In this document: positions 55,961 through 64,000 of the stretch, one piece after another | How the letters are laid out: each line of letters begins with the position of its first letter | How positions within the stretch are numbered: position 1 is the first letter of the stretch | Assembly: GCA_038087875.1 (NCBI GenBank) | Contig: CM075994.1 | Span: forward strand, 8,248,001-8,312,000 | Origin: Malacoraja senta | Taxonomy: Eukaryota | DNA: 64,000 nucleotides | Reading direction: 5' to 3' | The notes under the pieces: generated by a model | The model's input: only the letters and a program-made list of their open reading frames with translations | The model's database searches: none | What the model was told of the DNA's origin: nothing | Made by a program: the position numbers and the translations under genes

Positions 55961-58900
55961 AACCCTGTGGTTGGAAGCCACGCGCACGTGACTCTGGGAG
56001 GGGTCGGGTTTTCGCCCGGTTTCAGAGCTCTGCCCACCAGTCGTTCCAGGACCACCGTTGTGGTCGGTTGTGTTTTGTGACCAGTGTTATCGGTGAATGA
56101 GGAATGTGAATACATTATTTTCCAACCTACCTATTGTCATAATTCATCAGCTAAATTGGTGACCCTGTCGAGTCTAACCGTAGTTAGACCTAAGATCATG
56201 CAGGACAATTATTTTCCCGCCGGCAAGGCCGGCGCTCAACAGGACTCTGTCAGCCTTCGACTGCCTCATTTTTGGCCTGATCAGCCACAGGTTTGGTTTG
56301 CCCACCTGCACAGCTCCGTCGCGGACGAGACACGTTATTTCCACGTGGTGGGGGCCCAGCCGCAGGAGTCGACCTCATGTTTGCTGCCTTACCTGAGGGA
56401 CCCGCCAGCGACGGCCAAGTACGATGGCCTCAAGGCCCTGTTGCTGCATACCTTCGGGCTCAGCCATCGAGACCATGCAGCGAAGATTCTACACATGGAC
56501 GGTATGGGCAATCGGAGGCTCTCCAGCTTGATGGCCAGGATGTTGGCCTTGATGGATGGGCATCGGCCGTGCTTGCTTTTCGAGCAAGCCTTCTTAGAGC
56601 AGATGCCCGACGACGTACGATTAATGCTCGATGGAGCTGATTTCAGCGACCCCCAGCAGCTCGCTGAGAGGGCCGACGAACTATGGACCACGAGACGGCA
56701 GGAGGTCTGCGCCAGCACCCGTCTGGTTGCACCAGTTAGATTGCTTTTGAGGAAGCTACGCGAGGAAGGCGAGGAACGGGAGTGACATTCAAACGTACGG
56801 TACGCGGATTCTTAAACTAACCTTCGACTCCCACCCGTACAGGTGGAAGTTTATCGTTGTTAACGTCGCCCAAGCAATCTTGGGGGCTGATTTCCTGCGC
56901 GCGTTCTCCCTCCTAGTCGACATGCATGGCGGTCATATGGTCCCGTTGTCAGACCTCCGCCCCGATGAACCGCGCAACTCGCCTCCGCCCAAGCAGCAAC
57001 CCGACGACATCGCAGAGGTCGAGGAACGTCTGTTATCCGAGTTCCCGGAGCTACTGACGCCCCGTTTTGACGGGGCCACGCCTCGTCATCGTGTGGTGCA
57101 CCACATTCCCACCGAAGGCCCATTGGTGCACGCTCGCGCATGCCGCCTACCACCGGACAGGCTGCGCATTGCCCGCGATGAATTCCAGTTGATGGAAGAC
57201 ATGGGCATTGTGCGGCGGTCTGATAGCACTTGGGCTTCCCCACTCCTTATGGTTCCCAAAGCATCTGTGGGTTGGAGGCCTTGCGGTGATTACAGGCGGC
57301 TTAACGCGGTAACCACGGTGGACCGGCACCCCATATTCAGGATTTTTCGGCGCACCTCGAGGACGCTACCTTCTATTCGAAGGTCAACCTGGTTCGGGGG
57401 TTATAACCAGATCCCCGTCCACCCCGACGACGTCCCCAAGACAGCCTCGCTCGGCCTGTTCGAATGGCTCCGAATGCCATTCGCCCTAAAGAACGCTGCT
57501 CAGGCATTCTAGCGACTTATGGATCAGGTCGGGCGGGGTTTGCCTTTCATCTTCATTTATTTAGACAATATCCTGGTGACCAGCCGTTCGCAGGTGGAAC
57601 ACGTTATTCACCTTCGCCTTTTGTTCGAGCGATTACGCGAGCACGGTTTGGTGATTAACCCTGCGAACTGCCAGTTCGGCTTGCGCTCCCTTTCCTTCTT
57701 AGGGCATCGGGTTACCCCTCGTGGTGCCGAGCCACTGCCTGAGAAGGTCGACGCCATTCGCCAGTTCCCTAGGCCGCTCACTGTCAAGGGTCTACAGGAG
57801 TTTATTGGGATGGGAAATTTTTACCACCGGTTCATGCCTTCAGCCGCCGCTGTCATGCGCCCACTATCAAATCAAATCAAATCAAAAACTTTATTTGCCA
57901 TTTGTGCTTACACACATAGGAACTCTTGTGCGGTTGTTCAGAGAGTCAAGTCAAGTCAAGTTAAAAAGACACACAGAAAGACACATAATCTATAAACTAT
58001 AAACACATATACTATGATATGTTATGAGGTGGGTCAGGACATCAGTTCATTTTGTTTTGGCCAAGAGTCTCACTGTGGCAGGGAAGAAGCTCTTGAAAAA
58101 GCGTGTTCTGTTTGTGGCGATGCTGTCCGCTCGTCTGTGCCTGAGGTTGTATGTGCAGTTTTTGTGTTTGAGCAGGGAGTCAGCTGGATGTAGTGTGTCT
58201 CTGATGATTCTCTCTGCTCTTTTTTGACAGCGCTGTGTGTAGATTGTTTCCATGGAGGGAAGTTCCGTTCTGATAATCCTCTCTGCAGTCTTTATGACTC
58301 TTTGCGGAGCCTTCCTCTCTGTCTGTGTGGTGTTTCCATACCACACTGTAATATTCCAGTGCCTCGCGGGTAAGCCGTGGAACCTGGTATGGTCGGACGA
58401 GGCCGACACGGCGTTCGAAGGTGCTAAAGCCGCGCTGGCTAACGCCACCATGCTAGTGCACCCGAGGGCGTCTGCGCTCATGGTCGACTTCGGATGTCGC
58501 TGTGGGTGAAGTCCTGGAGCAGCGGGTCAGTGACCGCTGGCAGCCGCTGCCGTTTTTCAGCCGGCAGCTTCGGCCTCCGGAGTGTAAGTACAGCGCATTC
58601 GACACGGAACTCCTCGCGCTCTACCTAGCGATCAGGCATTTCCGTTACTTCCTCGAGGGCCGAGATTTCACTGCTTTCACGGACCACAATGCTCACTTTT
58701 GCATTGGGCAAAATCGCCGATCCGTGGTCTGCCAGGCAGCAGTGGCACCTCACCTACAATTCCGAGTTCACGTCTGACATTCGGCATGTAGCGGGGAAGC
58801 TTAACGTCATGGCCAACGCGTTGTCTCGTCTGGCCTTCCCGTCGGCTCCGGCTCTAGACCTGGGAGTCGACTACGCTGAGCTGGCAGCGGCCCAAATGGC

Positions 58901-60504
58901 CGTTGCCAGCATGGCGGGTTATCACACAGCTGAATCGGGCCTTGAGCTAGCCGAGGTGCCTTGAGGGGCGGCTGGGGTCAAGGTCCTCTGAGATATCTCC
59001 ATGGGTAGAGCCCGTCCGGTTATTCCAGTCAGTTGGAGACGGTGAGTTTTTGACACTGTCTACAGTTTGGCCCACCCGTCCAGTCTGCCCTGGTAGCGTC
59101 CAAATTCGTTTGGCACGGGCTGCAGAAGCAGGTGGCCGCCTGGGCCCATGCTTGCATCCCGTGCCAGACCTCCAAGGTTCAGCGACATGTACGGCCACCC
59201 ATGCAGGATTTCGCTGTGCCTGATGGCAGGTTCCTGCATATTCATGTAGATCTTGTCCGTCCCTTACCATGTTCGCGTGGTGCCACGCACCTGCTTACTA
59301 TAGTGGACAGTTCACTAGGAGGCCCGAGGCTATCCCATTATCGGATACCTCCATGGAGGCTTGCACTCAGGCTATCGTGTCCAACTGGATAACTCGTTTC
59401 GGGGTCCCATCCGACATCACCACATACCGTGGGACACAGTTTACCTCGTCTCTGTGGTCTGGCTTAGCGCAGCTTTACGGCGCCCACCTACACCAGATGA
59501 CCGCTTATCACCCAGAGGCAAATGGGTAAGTTGAGCGGTTCCATAGACACCTTAAGTCGGCGTTGAAGGCCCGGCTTACCGGCCCCGATTGGGTTGACCA
59601 GTTGCCCTGGGTTCTCCTGGGCGTCAGAACAACACCTAAGGAGGACCTGGACGTCTCCTCGGCTGAGCTCGTCTATGGCTCGGCTTTACGTGTACCAGGG
59701 GATTTCCTGCCCGCCGCCCGTGGTCAGGAGGTTTCGGCTTTGGCGGTGCTAGCGTAGCATTGTGAGCGGGTGCGCGCGTTAGTCCCCGTCCCCACTTCCA
59801 GGCATGGGTCGGCCTCTGTGCGTGTGCCGGTGTCATTACAGAATTGTGCTTATGTTTTCCTTCGCAGGGACGCTCACCGCTCGCCGCTGCAGCGGGTTTA
59901 TGAGGGGCCGTACAGGGTGCTGGGGACTGAAGTCTCCACGTTCACGTTGGACGTGGGCGGCCAGGAGGAGTTCGTCTCCGTCGGCCGCCTTAAGCCCGCA
60001 CACGTGGACGAGGACAGCACTGTGCTTGTGGCTACACCAAAGCGCAGAGGTCGTCCGACGGCCGTTCTGCTGTCCCCTGACCCTGTTGTTCCCGGCCCTG
60101 TTTCGCTGGTCCCCGTTGTTACGCCCGCCCCTTGTTCGCGTTTTTCGTGTCCCTCTGGTTATGTTCTGCCGGTCCCCGTAGTTACGCCCGTCCCATGTTT
60201 GAGGACTTCGCGTTCAGGCCATACCGTTCGGCTCCCGGTGCATTTCCGTACCTCGGTTTCTGGGGGGGGGGCATGTAGCGGAATCTATTGGTGCTCGTCG
60301 GTATCAAACCCTGCGGTCGGAAGCTGCGCGCACGTGACTCTGCGAAGGGTCGGGTTTTCGCGTGGTTTCTGAGCTCTGCCCGCCAGTTGTTCCAGGACCA
60401 CCGTTGTGGTCAATTGTGTTTTGTGACCAGTGTTATTATCGGTGAATGAGGATTGTGAATAAATTATTTTCCAACCTACCGATTGTCATAATTCATCCGC
60501 AAAA
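55961..60504 (+). mobile_element. Ty3/Gypsy LTR retrotransposon, degenerate; 5' LTR truncated
   Basis: LTRs at about 55961-56155 and 60274-60504; PBS tggtgaccc; gag (FWPDQPQVWF); RT (WASPL, GDYRRLN, YLD); RNase H; integrase (HIHVD, YHPEANG); PPT tctggggggggg. Confidence 0.93.
57867..58350 (-). mobile_element. Rex1/Babar-like LINE 3' fragment inserted in Gypsy pol
   Basis: WYGN...QRVIKTAERII...HPA; splits the pol reading MRPL|FQCL. Confidence 0.75.
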
Positions 60505-62484
60505 ATGGTAAGTTCGTTAGCATCCGGCAATGCAGACTACGCCTTTTCTTTCCATTTTCTTCATGAGCAAAAGAAACAAGGACGGGGCAGCATGGTGGCA
60601 CAGCGGTAGAGTTACTGCCAGAAACCGGGTTCGATCCCAACTATGGGTGCCCTAAACCTTTCCTATCTGTCTGCATGTCTAAGTGTACTTTACATGGCAT
60701 TATAGTAAATGCCTGAACTTCTTCCTCTGGCAGCTCATTTCATATATCCACCACCCTCTGAGTGAAAACTTTGTCTCTAAGGCTCCTACTAAATCTCACC
60801 TCTCTCACCTTAAACAAATGTCCTCTTGTTTTTGAATCCTCTTCCCTGGGTAAAAGTCATTGTTCAGTCACCCTATTTATTACGCTAATTATTTTATACC
60901 CTTCTATAAGATCACCCCTGAGCCTCCTGCGCTCCAAGGAATAATGGTCTAGCCCACCCAACCACTCCCTATAGTTCAGCCTAGCAACTTCTCAAGTGCC
61001 TGCAACATCCTCCTAAATCACCTCTGCACTCTTTCCAGCTCAATGATATCCTTCCTATGGCAGAATGACCAAACGGACCACAGTGCACCAAGTGTGGCCT
61101 CACTGTGTGGCGGTCACGAGTTACTGCTTTACAACGAATGCAGCGCCGGAGACCCGGGTTTGATCCCGACTACGGGTACTGTCTGTATGGAGTTTGTACG
61201 TTCTCCCCATGACCTGCGTGGGTTTTCTCCGAGATCTTCGGTTTCCTCCCACACTCCAAAGGTGTACGGGTTTGTAGGTTAATTGGCTTGGTAAATGTAA
61301 AAATTGGACCTAGTGGTGTAGGATAGTGTTAATGTGCGGGGATCGCTGGTCAGTACGGACCCGGTGGGCCGAAGGGCCTGTTTCCACGCTGTATCTCTAA
61401 ACTAAAATCTAAACTAAGGTTTTGTAAAACTATAACTTAGCATCCCAACAATACCTTGACCGGTGTACTAAAAGCTTTCATGACTGCCCTACCTACCTCG
61501 TGACATCACTTTCATGACCTCTATACCTATACTCCTAGATTGCTCTGATCCACAACACTCCTACCATTCACTTTGAAGGCCCTGCCCTTGTTTGACTTCC
61601 AAAAATACAACATTAAACTGAGCTGCATTAAACTCTATTAACCATTTCTCAGCCCATTTGACCAGCAAGCCTGCTGTAAATGTTGGTAACCATCTTCACC
61701 ATCTACCATATCATTCAGTGTCATCTGCAAGCTTACTAATAATGCCTTGTACATTCTCATCCAAATTGTTGATATAGACCACAAACAGCAATGGCCCCAG
61801 CACTGAACCCTGGCACCAATACCATTTGTCACAGGCCTCTAGTAAAACATCACACCCTTTCCCACCAGCTCCTGCTTCCCACCATGAAGCCAATTCTGTA
61901 TCCAGTTTGCTAGCTCTCAAGGACGAGTCTCACCCTGGACACTCCCTCTTCTCCCCTCTCACATCAGGCAAGAGGTACAGAAGTTTGAAAATGCACACCT
62001 GGGAATTCAGGGATAATTTCTTCCCAGATGTTTTCAGGCAACTGAACTATTCTATTGGGGGTACACAAAAATGCTGGCGAAACTCAGCGGGTGCAGCAGC
62101 ATCTATGGAGCGAAGGAAATAGGCAACGTTTCGGGCCGAAACCCTTCTTCAGACTGAACTATTCTATTACGGACCAGAAAGCTAACCTAACATCTACCTC
62201 TTTGGAGACCCTCTGACTAACTTTAATAGGACTTTATCAGACTTTATCTTGTACTAAACATTGTGCCTTTTATGCTTTATCTGTTCACTGTGGAGGCATG
62301 ATTGTAATCATGTATAATCCTTTCTTTGACTGGATAGCACGGAACAAAAAGTTTTTGACTCTACCTTGGTACACGTGACAATATTAAACCAAACTAAACT
62401 GTGTTCTCTATTCTATAGCTCTGGGATGTAAAGTTAGTTATTGCGTTGTACAGGTCAGCATAGTAAAGGCTGAAGTGGACCCGA

Positions 62485-63495
62485 CATGCACACATCTGTA
62501 CTAATGCATGTACATATGTGTACTAATGCATGTACACATGAGCACTAATGCATGTACATATGTGTACTAATGCATGTACACATGAGCACTAATGCATGTA
62601 CATATGTGTACTAATGCATGTACACATGAGCACTAATGCATATATACATGTGTACTAATGCATGTACACATGTGTACTAATGCATGTACACTTGAGTACT
62701 AATGCATGTACACATGTGTGCTAATGTATGTACACATGTGTACTTCTTCTTCCTCGTGTCCAGCCATCTTCTATATCACGTCTTTCCGGTCGGTCAGTGA
62801 CGGTTGGTACAGTTTCTGTCGTCAGCATTGCCCGGGATGCGCCACGTGGAGGCTTCTGCTTGCATCCCACATGTGTACTAATGCATGTACACATGTGTAC
62901 TAATGCATGTACACATGTGTACTAATGCATGTACACATGAGCACTAATGCATGTACATATGTGTACTAATGCATGTACACATGAGCACTAATGCATGTAC
63001 ATATGTGTACTAATGCATGTACACATGAGCACTAATGCATATATACATGTGTACTAATGCATGTACACATGTGTACTAATGCATGTACACTTGAGTACTA
63101 ATGCATGTACACATGTGTGCTAATGTATGTACACATGTGTACTTCTTCTTCCTCGTGTCCAGCCATCTTCTATATCACGTCTTTCCGGTCGGTCAGTGAC
63201 AGTTGGTACAGTTTCTGTCGTCAGCATTGCCCGGGATGCGCCACGTGGAGGCTTCTGCTTGCATCCCACATGTGTACTAATACATGTACACATGTGTACT
63301 AATGCAAGTACACATGTGTACTAATGCATGTACACATGTGTACTAATGCATGTACACATGTGTACTAATACATGTACACATGAGCACTAATGCATGTACA
63401 CATGAGTACTAATGCATGTACACATGAGCACTAATGCATGTACACATGTGTACTAATGCATTTACACATGAGCACTAATGCATGTACACATGTAT
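62485..63495. repeat. 20-bp minisatellite (gtactaatgcatgtacacat) with a 399-bp higher-order duplication
   Basis: The unit is seen directly; an identical-length unique block recurs at about 62745-62867 and 63144-63266. Confidence 0.95.
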
Positions 63496-63555
63496 GGTAT
63501 TTGGGCCCCATGCAACTCTTCCTTTGATTGATTGATTGATACTTTATTATCACAT

Positions 63556-63842
63556 TATAGCGACACCGGACGTGTTGAATAAAGGTGAGACGTCAGGTCG
63601 GTTCAAAGAGTCGTTTATTCAGTGCTGACACGTTAGGTTGGTGCCGACTATCATAACAGTGTTGCTGTAGCTGAGCGAGGTTGTTCCCTCGGGCTCAGCT
63701 ACCGGTTGAACACCTAAGGTCTCGAGGTGAGATGACCTTAAGTACCAGGACACTCCCTCTAGCCCATGACGTCACGTGCCCGCCCTCGTACTTCCTGACG
63801 AGGGTTCGAGCATAAGTGGCCCGTGTATAGGCTGCCGCCACA
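63556..63842 (-). mobile_element. Solo LTR of the same family as the 29770-30548 arms
   Basis: Colinear with 29770-30057; perfect 4-bp TSD acat (63552-63555 and 63843-63846). Confidence 0.9.
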
Positions 63843-64000
63843 ACATGTGACATGTCACAGTGAAATTCTTTGTGTTGCTCACCATACACAATGTACGAAA
63901 AGAGTCGCCATGTACAGTGTGCCACCTACATTACAAAATAGTCCCTGGTAGCCCCTCATTGTTCTCTCATGGCCCCCCCACTCCGGGCCCCTCTTTGTTT

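Noticed and set aside
62485..63495. CRISPR-like repeat-spacer array
   Set aside because: Units are head-to-tail with no unique spacers, the two inserts are near-identical, the context is eukaryotic and there are no cas genes.

Overview
Repeat-saturated vertebrate genomic DNA. The HE1-type V-SINEs and HER1/CR1 LINEs point to a cartilaginous fish, probably a skate or ray (inference). The only host gene I can support is on the + strand: 11 consecutive GT-AG coding exons between 5296 and 30993 (1358 nt, phases compatible, no stops). They encode about 453 aa of the beta-chain macroglobulin (MG) domains of a complement C4-like thioester-family protein. No further exon is recognisable in the remaining 33 kb. 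The rest is nested mobile DNA: two DIRS retrotransposons, a broken L1, a degenerate Ty3/Gypsy provirus and a solo LTR, a 5'-truncated AT-rich LINE with an intact RT ORF, Penelope-like fragments carrying many minimal hammerhead-ribozyme motifs, hAT and Harbinger DNA transposons, SINEs, microsatellites and a palindromic minisatellite. The most unusual structure is a 779-bp fold-back element made of two Gypsy PPT+LTR ends in inverted orientation, apparently integrated as one unit (29770-30548). All family calls come from reading motifs by eye; no database search was run.
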